From an uncultured archaeon (GTDB taxonomy: Archaea > Asgardarchaeota > Thorarchaeia > Thorarchaeales > Thorarchaeaceae), in the NCBI GenBank assembly GCA_964458565.1, contig CAYWJO010000008.1:37995-101994 (forward strand): a stretch of DNA of 64,000 nucleotides, in the 5' to 3' direction. Positions 48,827 through 58,591 of this stretch are shown here, piece by piece; position 1 is the stretch's first letter, and each line of letters opens with the position of its first letter. The notes beneath the pieces are model-generated. The model did not search any database, was not told where the DNA came from, and saw only the letters and a list, made by a program, of their open reading frames with translations. The translations under genes and the position numbers were made by a program.

Positions 48827-50413
48827 TTGCCGCGAATAAGATCCAAACACTTGCTTTTTGGGATGATCATTTACATTTCATTAATCTTCATTCTAGCTCC
48901 CACAAATGTCACTGCTCAAGCGCCTGGAGACTGGATGGGGAGTACATCTGATCCACTGCGAGTACTTCTCTTGCTTGATGGACGAAGTGTGACTAGCGCT
49001 CCTGAAGATAATCCGATACTCATCGACTTAGATGATGACGCAGATCCAATGATATTTTTCATAGAGATACGCTCAAACAGTACTGAAGAACTTGTCCTTG
49101 AAGGCGAGATCAACTTTTACTATCAAGGAATATCAGTACTACCAATTCAGCTGGTGACTGAAGGAAATTCAACTAAAGTCCCAATTCCTGCAGGTGAAAT
49201 GATCCAAAATGTTACCGCAGAAATAAACTGGAGGCAGGCATTCGGAATTGGACCTTTTGATCTTATGACTGGCTTATTCGAATCAGATGCAAGCTTTACC
49301 TATTACCCCGCAAGTGACCCTAGTGATGTGCATGAAATACAGCAGAAGTTCTACCTTAGCATTCCAGTGGAAGATATTCTGGATGTAATAACTTCTGTAA
49401 CTGGCGTAAGTGCCGTAGTTGTGACTATCACAACAGTCTATGGAGCTGGTAATAGTCTATGGCAGCTCTTCGAGGGAATGAAAACTGCATCAAAATTAAG
49501 GGGCATTCATAAGAAAGTTTCCGAGATTAGATCCCTACCAAATCTAACTGTTATCGGTGCTACTCCTGTACTCTTCAGCATGCTAGCTGGAATGGGCATG
49601 ATTAAGAAGAAGAAGAAGAGCAAGGAGGAAGAAGAGAAGGATCGTGAAAGCGGTGTCACTGATTTCCTAGTTCGTCAGAAATTACGTGAAATTGCTCCAG
49701 AGGCTTGGCAGAAAGATAAGTGTCCAAAGTGTAAGCGGAATTGGCATGAAAAGACAAACACCTGCAAGAAATGCAATATAGGTGAGGAAGAAGCGAGACG
49801 AGAGTATGCTGACCTTCTTGCCTCAAAGGTTCCTGCCGCACTCAAAGCTCTTGGCAATAAGAAATCAATGAATGTAAGCCAACTTGCTAAAGTTACTAAA
49901 TCAACTGACTACAATGCAGGTGTTATTGCAATCGCTCTTGTTGACACAGGTGTGACTGAAGTCGAGAAGGTTTCCACACCATTTAGAGGCTTTCTGATGA
50001 ATACTGCAGGTCTTGTATTTGTGGTGATTACTTGGCAGCAGCTCCTAGGTGATAGTGCTAGTCAATTGCAGACAACCCTTACACTCATCGGTGCTGCATT
50101 ATCATTCGGGGTTATCTTGGTCCTCTATGTTGCAAGAAAGTCTCAGATTCAGAAGTTCCAAACTGAATATGGCGAAACTCCTGTAGAGGAACCACCTACT
50201 GAACCGATGGATGATACTGAAGATGAATCAATGGAACCTCCTATGCCTGAGGAGGAAGAGCCTCCTGCTTGGAAAGAAACTGAAGAGACGGTTGAAATAG
50301 ATGAGGAGGTTGATGATGGACCTACGGAACCTTCCTCTGATGACGAATTCATTGATGATATGGATGATGAGGTAACAATAGATTCAGATGAATCAGATGA
50401 GGATGTCTACTAA
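48827..50413 (+). CDS. Membrane protein with extracellular N-domain, Zn ribbon and acidic tail
   Basis: Signal peptide, TM helices, CPKC...CKKC, very Asp/Glu-rich C-terminus. Confidence 0.7.
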   Translation: MPRIRSKHLLFGMIIYISLIFILAPTNVTAQAPGDWMGSTSDPLRVLLLLDGRSVTSAPEDNPILIDLDDDADPMIFFIEIRSNSTEELVLEGEINFYYQGISVLPIQLVTEGNSTKVPIPAGEMIQNVTAEINWRQAFGIGPFDLMTGLFESDASFTYYPASDPSDVHEIQQKFYLSIPVEDILDVITSVTGVSAVVVTITTVYGAGNSLWQLFEGMKTASKLRGIHKKVSEIRSLPNLTVIGATPVLFSMLAGMGMIKKKKKSKEEEEKDRESGVTDFLVRQKLREIAPEAWQKDKCPKCKRNWHEKTNTCKKCNIGEEEARREYADLLASKVPAALKALGNKKSMNVSQLAKVTKSTDYNAGVIAIALVDTGVTEVEKVSTPFRGFLMNTAGLVFVVITWQQLLGDSASQLQTTLTLIGAALSFGVILVLYVARKSQIQKFQTEYGETPVEEPPTEPMDDTEDESMEPPMPEEEEPPAWKETEETVEIDEEVDDGPTEPSSDDEFIDDMDDEVTIDSDESDEDVY

Positions 50414-50422
50414 ATAGTGATC

Positions 50423-50447
50423 TAGAGGAGGTGACTAGCCTCCTCTA
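50423..50447. terminator. Perfect 9-bp stem-loop downstream of the gene
   Basis: TAGAGGAGG-tgactag-CCTCCTCTA. Confidence 0.55.
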
Positions 50448-50541
50448 TGAATTTCTTAGCAAGTTCTCCCCCTTCCTAAACATTGAAAATAGGGTTTTTT
50501 CCGAGATACTATACTTATCAGAAGGGTTCGGAGCTCTAAAG

Positions 50542-51903
50542 ATGACTAATAAAATTGCAATAATTGGTTGCGGTGCTGCAGGAGCTACTGCAGCTATGCA
50601 GGCTCGAAAATTCAACAGAAACGTTGAGATCACAGTCTTCAATTCCGAGAACTATTCTCAATATTCGCGTTGCGGACTGCCTTATACAATATCTAAGAAA
50701 GTCAAAGAATTTGATAACTTGATTCTTATGCCGCTTGAAAACTGGACGATGTTGAAAATTGATGTGAAGATTGGAACAACAGTGACAGCAATTAATCATA
50801 AATCCAAAATCATAACATTCGAAGGTGATGTTGAATCAGGTACCTTTGAATACGACTCTCTTATCTTTGCTACCGGAGGGCTTAATGCTAATCCTCCAAT
50901 AAAAGGACTTGATAAGAAGAGAGTCTATGGTCTGAGAACAATAGATGATGCAAAGGATTTGGATGCAGAGGCGAGTAAAGCAAAGAATGTTGTAGTGATA
51001 GGTGGGGGTCTTGTTGGGATGGAAACTGCAGAAGCATTTGTTGAACGAGGCGTAAATGTAACTGTTGTAGAATTCCTGCCCTACATACTTCCAACAATGG
51101 TTGATCAGGATTTTGGGGAATTGATTCAGGAGCATTGTCATGAACATGGCTTGAAGATTCTTGCCAATACCGCCGCAATGGAGGTATTAGGAAATGAATC
51201 CCCAACGGGTGTCCTAGTTAAGAGTCGTGAGAATGATGAAATCTCCGAGCTTCCAGCTGATGCGGTTCTTGTCGCTACAGGAGTAAGAGCTCAAACCCAG
51301 CTTGCTGAGAGTATTGGATGTGAGGTTGGACCAATGCGTGGGATAAAAGTCGATGATAAAATGATGACCAATATTCCTGATGTATATGCATGTGGTGATT
51401 GTGCCGAGCATGTTGAATTCATAACAAGGAAACCAATGCCTGGTGGTCTTGGCACCATCGCAGTGAGACAAGCGCGAGTTGCTGGAATTAATGCGTCTGG
51501 TGGAGATGTTAAGTTTCCTGGGATTGTAGGTGCAAAGGTTACAAAGTTATTCGGTTTAGAAATAGCGAGCACAGGTTTCACAGATGACTTAGCTAAACGG
51601 TATGATGTATCGGTAACAAAGGGATCTATCAAAGGCAGCAGTAAACCCCCTTACTTCGAAGGTGGCAAAGACCTCAAGGTAAAAACATACTACGACAAGG
51701 AAACCGGGAAATTAGTTGGAGGTCAACTCCTCGGTCTAGAAGACGCAGCAATGAGGATCAATGTTATCACACTTGGTATCCAACATAATATCGATGCGGC
51801 TGAACTATTCGACTTTGAAAATTGTTATGCTCCTGCAATATGCGATACTTGGGATCCCATAGTTGAGTCAGCAAGTGTTGCGAGAAAGAGATTGAAGATT
51901 TAA
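50542..51903 (+). CDS. CoA-disulfide reductase / NADH oxidase family flavoprotein
   Basis: IIGCGAAG, YSRCGLPY (single redox Cys), VIGGGLVGME, VYACGDC, CYAP..WDP; start reassigned to MTNKI. Confidence 0.88.
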   Translation: MTNKIAIIGCGAAGATAAMQARKFNRNVEITVFNSENYSQYSRCGLPYTISKKVKEFDNLILMPLENWTMLKIDVKIGTTVTAINHKSKIITFEGDVESGTFEYDSLIFATGGLNANPPIKGLDKKRVYGLRTIDDAKDLDAEASKAKNVVVIGGGLVGMETAEAFVERGVNVTVVEFLPYILPTMVDQDFGELIQEHCHEHGLKILANTAAMEVLGNESPTGVLVKSRENDEISELPADAVLVATGVRAQTQLAESIGCEVGPMRGIKVDDKMMTNIPDVYACGDCAEHVEFITRKPMPGGLGTIAVRQARVAGINASGGDVKFPGIVGAKVTKLFGLEIASTGFTDDLAKRYDVSVTKGSIKGSSKPPYFEGGKDLKVKTYYDKETGKLVGGQLLGLEDAAMRINVITLGIQHNIDAAELFDFENCYAPAICDTWDPIVESASVARKRLKI

Positions 51904-51922
51904 ACGGTGTGTAGGTAATTCA

Positions 51923-52396
51923 TCATTCACGAGCGACTACACTGATATTTTGTAATGTGTACTGGAATGAACTCACCTGAGTTGGTGATGCTGCAACCAG
52001 CAGGACTTTGTCAATGGTACTATCAAGTTTGGAATGTTTGTGGATTACCCGCACTATCTCTTCGGCAATTTCCCAACTGGGAACATGTGATACCTCAAGA
52101 CCCATTGTAAAGAAACCAATATTCTTTACATCTTTGGATAGGGCTTGGGTCAGGATGCGTTCTACAGCTTCGAATATCAGTTGTCTTCGATTCGAATCCA
52201 TTATACTTACTTTGGGCCAGTATTCAACTTGTGTTGCATTACTTGCCTCTTTAATGGTGATTACAGGAACCCCCTCACTACTTTCACCCATTCCTAAGGG
52301 GATATTCTGAGTCTTCACTGCGATATCCAGATCTGAGTCATCAAATGGTCCTAATTCAAGCTGGACCTTAATTCCCCCTAGTTCATAATCAGTTAC
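51923..52396 (-). CDS. Degenerate macro-domain-like protein (start codon uncertain)
   Basis: The frame stays open upstream of GTG 52318 and reads VTDYELGGIKVQLELGPFDDSDLDIAVKTQN, matching a macro N-terminus. NIGFFTMGLEV aligns with EIVFPAIGAGV of the upstream paralog. Confidence 0.6.
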   Translation of the reverse strand, partial: VTDYELGGIKVQLELGPFDDSDLDIAVKTQNIPLGMGESSEGVPVITIKEASNATQVEYWPKVSIMDSNRRQLIFEAVERILTQALSKDVKNIGFFTMGLEVSHVPSWEIAEEIVRVIHKHSKLDSTIDKVLLVAASPTQVSSFQYTLQNISVVARE

Positions 52397-52947
52397 CCCT
52401 CATCCCCCCAATGCTCAAGTATAGTTTCAATCTCTTGGCTCGAAGATTCACTATATCCAACTAAAATCACTGATTTCAGCGAATTACAATTAATAGAGTG
52501 CTCCTTTATTGCATCAAGGATTGCATGCGTTGATTCCTCCACTGAGAGACCTCCCACTCCCGCTCCGATTGCAGGAAATACAATTTCAGACACTTGGTTT
52601 TTCTCAGCAAGAGATAATCCCATCAACGATGAGGTTCTAACATAATCCTGATTTGCTAGTCCTCCAGGTGGCATACCTGCACAATGAACCACTTTTCTTG
52701 CATTTAGTCTACCTGCATTGGTAATAACGGCTTCACCTGGTTTTATCGGGCCCTGTGCTAGGGCTTCTCTCTCGATCTCTAATCCTCCCTTCCTCTTGAT
52801 AGCACCAGCGACTCCACTACCCATCCATAGGTCCGAATTTGCGGCATTTACAATAGCATCGGTTTCTATTTCTGATATATCTCCTTGCTGAACTGATATC
52901 CTAATGGGACCGATGTATTTCTCTATCGCTACTCCCTCTATATACAT
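52393..52947 (-). CDS. Macro domain protein (O-acetyl-ADP-ribose deacetylase/YmdB-like)
   Basis: QGDI, DAIVNAAN, GSGVAGAI, AGRLNARKVVH, FPAIGAGVGG. Confidence 0.9.
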   Translation of the reverse strand: MYIEGVAIEKYIGPIRISVQQGDISEIETDAIVNAANSDLWMGSGVAGAIKRKGGLEIEREALAQGPIKPGEAVITNAGRLNARKVVHCAGMPPGGLANQDYVRTSSLMGLSLAEKNQVSEIVFPAIGAGVGGLSVEESTHAILDAIKEHSINCNSLKSVILVGYSESSSQEIETILEHWGDEG

Positions 52948-52969
52948 TGTGACATAAGCTCGTAAATAC

Positions 52970-53602
52970 TTGTCGTGTTCCACAACTCTTTATTGGGAAT
53001 ATAACATCGATATCAGGGCGAGAACATTGATTGATATCTCTGAATCTCAATACGCGGAACTGGTTGAGAGATACGGTATTCCAAAGAAATTGGAATTCTC
53101 TGCAGACTTCCTTGATTTTGAATGTGAATTGGTTCAGCGGAGTGCCAAAAAAGGAAGAAATCACGACATCACTTGCTTCATCAGAGATGGGGACAAATAT
53201 GTTGTGATTCAAAAGCACGCATATGCTGACACAGGTATTTATCGCGCACCATCTGGTGGAGCTCATCAAGGCGAATCCATCGAAGCTGCCGCAGTACGAG
53301 AAATGTATGAAGAAACTGGTCTTGAGATAAAACTAGTTCGTTTTATTCTAGATTTGACTTTAGATGTTCAATGCAGTGATGGTATGATTCCTTGGAGGTC
53401 ACTTGTATTTCTAGCAGACAAGGTTGGTGGGGAGATGAAACCTATCGATACATATGAGATATACGACGTTAAACATATGTCACGGACAGAGATGATGGAT
53501 GATGTTCAATCCCTTATGATCAAATCCGGTTGGGGTGGTTTTGAGTATAGAGCATTTCTCACTGAATCGTTCTTCTCAACTCTTGATGAGCTTGGAATAT
53601 AA
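52970..53602 (+). CDS. Nudix hydrolase
   Basis: Nudix box GGAHQGESIEAAAVREMYEETGL; the true start is probably TTG ~53027. Confidence 0.88.
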   Translation: MSCSTTLYWEYNIDIRARTLIDISESQYAELVERYGIPKKLEFSADFLDFECELVQRSAKKGRNHDITCFIRDGDKYVVIQKHAYADTGIYRAPSGGAHQGESIEAAAVREMYEETGLEIKLVRFILDLTLDVQCSDGMIPWRSLVFLADKVGGEMKPIDTYEIYDVKHMSRTEMMDDVQSLMIKSGWGGFEYRAFLTESFFSTLDELGI

Positions 53603-53661
53603 GTACTAAAACGACATTGGTGCTATATTCTCTAGTTCTTGAATTTTACAAAAGAAGTTGT

Positions 53662-53680
53662 GAGCAGCCCGAGGCTGCTC
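53662..53680. terminator. Stem-loop between the convergent Nudix and tfb genes
   Basis: GAGCAGCC-cga-GGCTGCTC, followed on the minus strand by CTTCTTTT. Confidence 0.55.
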
Positions 53681-53688
53681 TCTCATTA

Positions 53689-54687
53689 CTATACTGGGTC
53701 CATTGTAATCCCAAGTGCTCGTACGAGTTCCTTATAGCGATTACGAATGGTGACCTCAGTCACTCCGGCGGCGGCGGCTATCTGACGCTGCGTAACACGA
53801 TTGTCGGTCAAGATTGAAGCTATGTAGATGGCTGCTGCAGCAAGACCTCTTGGGTCTCTGCCTGTCACAAGATTATGCTTTGTCTTTGCCATTTCAATAA
53901 TTTCCAGAGTTGCAGCCTGTACTTCTCCTGGTAAATTCAAATCAGTCACCAGACGCGTTACGTAGTTGGCTGGATCTGAAATAGGCATGCGTAGCTTCAG
54001 CTTACCAACAAGCATTCGATAGTGCTTTCCTATCTTCTTCTTGTCTACACGAGTGTAGGCCGCAATCTCCTCAAGGGAACGGGGTGACTCTCTGAGTCGA
54101 CACGCAGCATAAACCGAGGCAGCCACAGTTGCATCAATAGACCTACTTCGTACAAGTCTTTTGACGATGAGCTTCCTGTATATCATAGCTGCAAGTTCCT
54201 TAATGCCCTTGCTGAGTCCAAGCTGGGAAGATAGTCTGTCAAGTTCTGTCATTGCCTGAGCTAGGTTTCTATCCACTGAACTATGAACACGGCTACGTAA
54301 CTGCCATTTCCGAAGTCTGTGAATCTGAGCCCTCTGCTTTGCGGAGAACCTTTTACCTGAGGAGTCATGATCACGCCAGTCTATCATTGTAGATAGACCT
54401 TTATCATGCATGGTGTATGACATTGGTGCACCAGTTCTTGCACGTGAGTCACTCTCCTGTTGAGTGAATGCTCTCCAGTCAGGACCTCTGTCAATTCTGT
54501 GATCATTAACAACTAGACCACAGGTTGCGCAGATCTCGTCACCTTTCTCTTGGTCACGAATGACCTCGTGCCCTCCGCACTCAGAGCAGGTGAACTCAAT
54601 TTCTTCGCTGACTGGATCTCCACTATTCTTTGCTTGTGAGATTTTGGATGCCAATTCTTTATTTCTCTCTCCTAATATTTGCGACAA
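53689..54687 (-). CDS. tfb: Transcription initiation factor IIB
   Basis: CSECGG...CATCG Zn ribbon, GPDWRAF, HDKGLST, RLRKWQ, two cyclin folds, GVTEVTIRNRYKEL. Confidence 0.95.
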   Translation of the reverse strand: MSQILGERNKELASKISQAKNSGDPVSEEIEFTCSECGGHEVIRDQEKGDEICATCGLVVNDHRIDRGPDWRAFTQQESDSRARTGAPMSYTMHDKGLSTMIDWRDHDSSGKRFSAKQRAQIHRLRKWQLRSRVHSSVDRNLAQAMTELDRLSSQLGLSKGIKELAAMIYRKLIVKRLVRSRSIDATVAASVYAACRLRESPRSLEEIAAYTRVDKKKIGKHYRMLVGKLKLRMPISDPANYVTRLVTDLNLPGEVQAATLEIIEMAKTKHNLVTGRDPRGLAAAAIYIASILTDNRVTQRQIAAAAGVTEVTIRNRYKELVRALGITMDPV

Positions 54688-54701
54688 TCATTTAATGATT
54701 A

Positions 54702-55652
54702 TCAGGGTGCCATAGTTATGCCCAACTTCTGCACCAATTCTTTGTAGCGATTTCTCACTGTCACTTCTGTCACACCTGCAGCCATTGCAATGTCTCGTTG
54801 TGTCACTCTGCTATCTTCTAAGATGGATGCTATGTAGATAGCCGCTGCTGCAAGTCCTCGTGGGTCTCTGCCGGTCACGAGAGTCCTTTGTTTCTTCGCA
54901 TCTTCTAGTATCTGCAAGACCCTTCTCTGTACCTTGCCTGGCAACTTCAGTTGCGCTATGAACCTTGGTACATAGTTCGCTGGGTCTGAGATAGGCATTC
55001 TGAGTTTGAGTTTCTCAACGAGTAAACGATAGTGCTGGCCTATCTTTTTCCTTGATACTCGTGAGTGTCTCGATATCTCCTCTAATGAACGGGGTGCTTC
55101 TCTCAATCTACATGCTGCGTAAATCGCAGCTCCAACCATCGCATCGATTGATCTGCTTCGAGCAAGTCTTCGTACGATAAGTTTTCTGTAGAGCAGAGCC
55201 GCAAGTTCCTTGATACTCTTATTGAGTCCAAGCTGTGATGACAGTCTATCTAGCTCCGACATTGCCTGGGCGAGATTTCTATCTACTGAGCTGTGAACTC
55301 GTGTTCGTATCTGCCATTTTCTGAGTCTGTATATCTCAGAACGTTTCTTGGCGGTGAATTTCTTCCCTGAGGAATCATGGTCTCTCCAATCTATAATTGT
55401 TGAGAGGCCTTTGTCATGGATTGTGTAGCTCGCTGGTGCCCCCGCTCTAGACCGAGCATCTTTCTCATCCGCAGTAAAAGCTCTCCATTCTGGTCCTGTG
55501 TCGATACGATGATCACTCACAACAAGACCACATGATGCACAGATCCGCTCACCTTTCTCAAGGTCTTGAACGACATCCTTACCTCCGCATTCAGGGCAAG
55601 TAAAGTCTGCGGTTTCCGGCGATTTTCTGCCTTTACCCGTTTTTGAAGACAT
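54702..55652 (-). CDS. tfb: Transcription initiation factor IIB (paralog)
   Basis: CPECGG...CASCG, GPEWRAF, RLRKWQ, GVTEVTVRNRYKEL. Confidence 0.95.
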   Translation of the reverse strand: MSSKTGKGRKSPETADFTCPECGGKDVVQDLEKGERICASCGLVVSDHRIDTGPEWRAFTADEKDARSRAGAPASYTIHDKGLSTIIDWRDHDSSGKKFTAKKRSEIYRLRKWQIRTRVHSSVDRNLAQAMSELDRLSSQLGLNKSIKELAALLYRKLIVRRLARSRSIDAMVGAAIYAACRLREAPRSLEEISRHSRVSRKKIGQHYRLLVEKLKLRMPISDPANYVPRFIAQLKLPGKVQRRVLQILEDAKKQRTLVTGRDPRGLAAAAIYIASILEDSRVTQRDIAMAAGVTEVTVRNRYKELVQKLGITMAP

Positions 55653-55777
55653 CTTGTAATCCTCTCATTATAGTATGCGATACAGTAGAGTATGATAATT
55701 ACGACTGCTCAAAACATGTCTGGTGGGGGCGTCTTTGTTGAGAGTTATCGTTTCCTTCCCCGTCTGTTCCGCTACAT

Positions 55778-55844
55778 TTATAAGTGTGTATTTTGCACTT
55801 ATAAACTTTACTAAAATACTATATATATTTGAGCTTCGTTATAA
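55778..55844 (-). promoter_or_regulatory. Array of four TATA-like hexamers upstream of the tfb pair
   Basis: TTATAA 55778, TTATAA 55799, TATATA 55820, TTATAA 55839 (spacing 21/21/19). Confidence 0.45.
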
Positions 55845-55850
55845 ACCTTT

Positions 55851-56102
55851 CTATGCACATTCATTGCTTCTAAGATGGGTGATTCTTGTTTTTTGCAAGT
55901 TTCTTTTCAATTTGGAGGGTCTTAGTCTGATAACTGATCTGACCTCTCTACAAGCTGGTAGGCCGCAACTTGAACAGAACCACTCACCACATGGGTCATA
56001 TGTCAAATCCCTTCCACCACACTCAATACAGGTGAAATTGAACCTAACCTTCCTGTTAATTTCCTTATCATCCTGCATAAAGAACACCTCGATATTCATC
56101 AA
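55851..56102 (-). CDS. Small stand-alone TFIIB-type zinc-ribbon protein
   Basis: FTCIECGGRDLTYDPCGEWFCSSCGL resembles the adjacent TFB ribbons (FTCPECGGKDVVQDLEKGERICASCGL); basic tail. Confidence 0.6.
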   Translation of the reverse strand: MMNIEVFFMQDDKEINRKVRFNFTCIECGGRDLTYDPCGEWFCSSCGLPACREVRSVIRLRPSKLKRNLQKTRITHLRSNECA

Positions 56103-56451
56103 GACCCCATTGATATAAACATTGATATAACATTTCTAATAATCATAGATTTTCACCATTCAGGAATCATTCCCTAACTCGTCTTCTCGATATAGTATTG
56201 TTTGACCAACCATTTTGCAATCAGCTTCGATCTCCAATTATCATTCGAGAAAAACATACTATCCTCATACATACATACGAGATGATCACTATCTCAGTAG
56301 ATTGCATAGTTATATTAGCATGCACAAACTAAGATTTACAGCAACACGTAATATATACAATTGATAGGGATTACATGGCTGGGGCAACCTCGATTCAAAA
56401 ATATCTCGTGTTTGTGGTTAGAGGACTAAAGAGGAAACAGGAGGAATTGAG

Positions 56452-58530
56452 TTGCTCTTATCAAAAGAAAAACTTGATTATAGACGAAAATTAGCAATGG
56501 CATTACTGGTTATCCTATTTATTTCATTGATTCCTTATTTTTTGGATCTGTCATATGGAACTACGAATGGACCTATGAAAGAAGAATCATTCAGGCGAAC
56601 TAACGTTAGCTTTGCATATGCCTATACACCCCATGCGACGATGGATATAGTTGGAGATGATGCTCTTAATAATACCGCTCAAATTGAAGGATGGTCCGGT
56701 AATGGAACAGAGACAAATCCCTTTATTATTGAGAATCTACAAATTGATGGTGAAGACTTTGATGATCACTGTGTACAATTTCGGCACACTCGTTTATATT
56801 TCATCATTCGTAATTGTTTCATTGGAAATACTACAATGGCATGTCTAAGAATGTTCAATGTATCAAATGTTATAGTTGTAAATACTATATTTGAGAATGG
56901 TAATAATGGAATACAGCAGTTAACCTGCGAGAACATTCTCATTATGAATAACACTTGTCTTCAAAATCAGAGGGGGATAAATATTCGTGGGGGATCAACA
57001 AATATCGATATTATCAACAATACTTGCACTTCTAATGGAGATGGCATTTGGATTTGGGAGAATTCAGATTATAACAACGTGATAAACAACACTTGCTCAT
57101 GGAACAATAATGGTATCTATGTTGAAGACATCTCTAGCAATACGCAATTGATTGGTAATATCTGTACCAATAACACTCAGAATGGTCTATGGACTGAAAA
57201 TGCGAACTATCAGAATATCGTAGACAATGTCTGTAATGACAATGGAGTAGATGGCTTAGTTGTTGAAAACTCATATGAAACCAATATTACTGAAAATACA
57301 TGTAGTGGGAATGGCAATAATGGAATCTATGTCCTTAGATATGCCGATATGGTCTTAGTATCAAACAATACCTGCAATTCTAATAGTGACAATGGTATTG
57401 CTATAGATAATCAATGCAATAATACCATTCTATCTTCCAATAACTGTACAGATAATACTGAAGATGGTATTTATGTTAAGAGTTCTCAGAACATTGAGAT
57501 TACAGATAACGAATTGATGGAAAATGATGCCGGTGTGCATTTGTATCTATGCAGTGCCATTACAATATTCCTTAACAATATCACCAACAGCAACATCGGG
57601 ATTCATATTTCCAATTCGGAACCATCTCACATCTTCAATAATACGATTTTAGATAATTTTCGTGGCATCTATATCTACAACTGTAATGAAAGCATTATCG
57701 AGTGGAATTGGATTACTAATGGTATGTATGGTAATGTAGGCATCGATATCCTCCAAATTTCATCCAACCACACTTTAACTAACAATACAATAACTGGCTT
57801 TGATGATGGTATAATACTTGGTCCTTCAGTCACATTGTGTGTTATAACATGGAACGCTTTTGAGGCAGTTTGGTCAGATGGATTGGATGATGGGACTAAT
57901 AATTTCTTGAGCTACAATTACTATGGATCTTACCCGGATTATGACGCAGATGGAAATGGTATTGGCGACGAACCCTTCTATCTATCCGGAACTGCGAACA
58001 ATACAGATGCTACACCTTTGATGCTACCTCCTGGGTCTCCAATAAGCTGGTTGGAAGAACCACAGAATCAGGTATGGTATCCCGGAGTTCCCACGTCGTA
58101 TGATTTGAACGCATCAGCAATGCCTCCTGGATTGGACCACTGGTGGATTAATAACAGTGTGCAATTTTCGATAAGTTCAATTGGAATTGTAACAAACATT
58201 ACGATATTAGATGATGGAGATTATACTCTTCAAGTATGGGTGTGGGATACTCTTGGAACTGCGCTCCATACTCAATTCACAATTAGGGTTCTGAGTACAG
58301 AACCAACGACCTCAACCTCGACAACATCATCACAGGTTTCAGAAACGACTTTGACAACATCTTCCACTTCACAAACACACTCAGTGAGTACCACCATAAC
58401 TACTACGACGACAACTACAACGACCACACCAATCATTGAGCCTCCTGATTATACATTGTTGATTTTGATTGCTATTGGCGGAGTAGTAGTCATAATAGTG
58501 ATTGTCATTCTTCTAAGAAGAAAGAGTTAG
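56452..58530 (+). CDS. Cell-surface parallel beta-helix (NosD/pectin lyase-like) protein
   Basis: Signal peptide, GNGTETNPFIIENL, many NNTC..N..GI repeats, DADGNGIGD, Thr-rich linker, TM and RRKS. Confidence 0.85.
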   Translation: MLLSKEKLDYRRKLAMALLVILFISLIPYFLDLSYGTTNGPMKEESFRRTNVSFAYAYTPHATMDIVGDDALNNTAQIEGWSGNGTETNPFIIENLQIDGEDFDDHCVQFRHTRLYFIIRNCFIGNTTMACLRMFNVSNVIVVNTIFENGNNGIQQLTCENILIMNNTCLQNQRGINIRGGSTNIDIINNTCTSNGDGIWIWENSDYNNVINNTCSWNNNGIYVEDISSNTQLIGNICTNNTQNGLWTENANYQNIVDNVCNDNGVDGLVVENSYETNITENTCSGNGNNGIYVLRYADMVLVSNNTCNSNSDNGIAIDNQCNNTILSSNNCTDNTEDGIYVKSSQNIEITDNELMENDAGVHLYLCSAITIFLNNITNSNIGIHISNSEPSHIFNNTILDNFRGIYIYNCNESIIEWNWITNGMYGNVGIDILQISSNHTLTNNTITGFDDGIILGPSVTLCVITWNAFEAVWSDGLDDGTNNFLSYNYYGSYPDYDADGNGIGDEPFYLSGTANNTDATPLMLPPGSPISWLEEPQNQVWYPGVPTSYDLNASAMPPGLDHWWINNSVQFSISSIGIVTNITILDDGDYTLQVWVWDTLGTALHTQFTIRVLSTEPTTSTSTTSSQVSETTLTTSSTSQTHSVSTTITTTTTTTTTTPIIEPPDYTLLILIAIGGVVVIIVIVILLRRKS

Positions 58531-58556
58531 CATGTTATAACTTTGAAATGGGATTG

Positions 58557-58591
58557 GAAAGGTTTGAAGACGAGTTGCTTTCAAACCTTTC
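58557..58591. terminator. Perfect 12-bp stem-loop
   Basis: GAAAGGTTTGAA-(11 nt)-TTCAAACCTTTC. Confidence 0.55.

Noticed and set aside
56108-56130. Tandem CATTGATATAA repeat
   Set aside because: Only two copies and no spacers; not CRISPR, and too weak to call an operator.
58306-58430. Low-complexity ACN-rich stretch
   Set aside because: It is the ordinary Thr/Ser linker of a surface glycoprotein.
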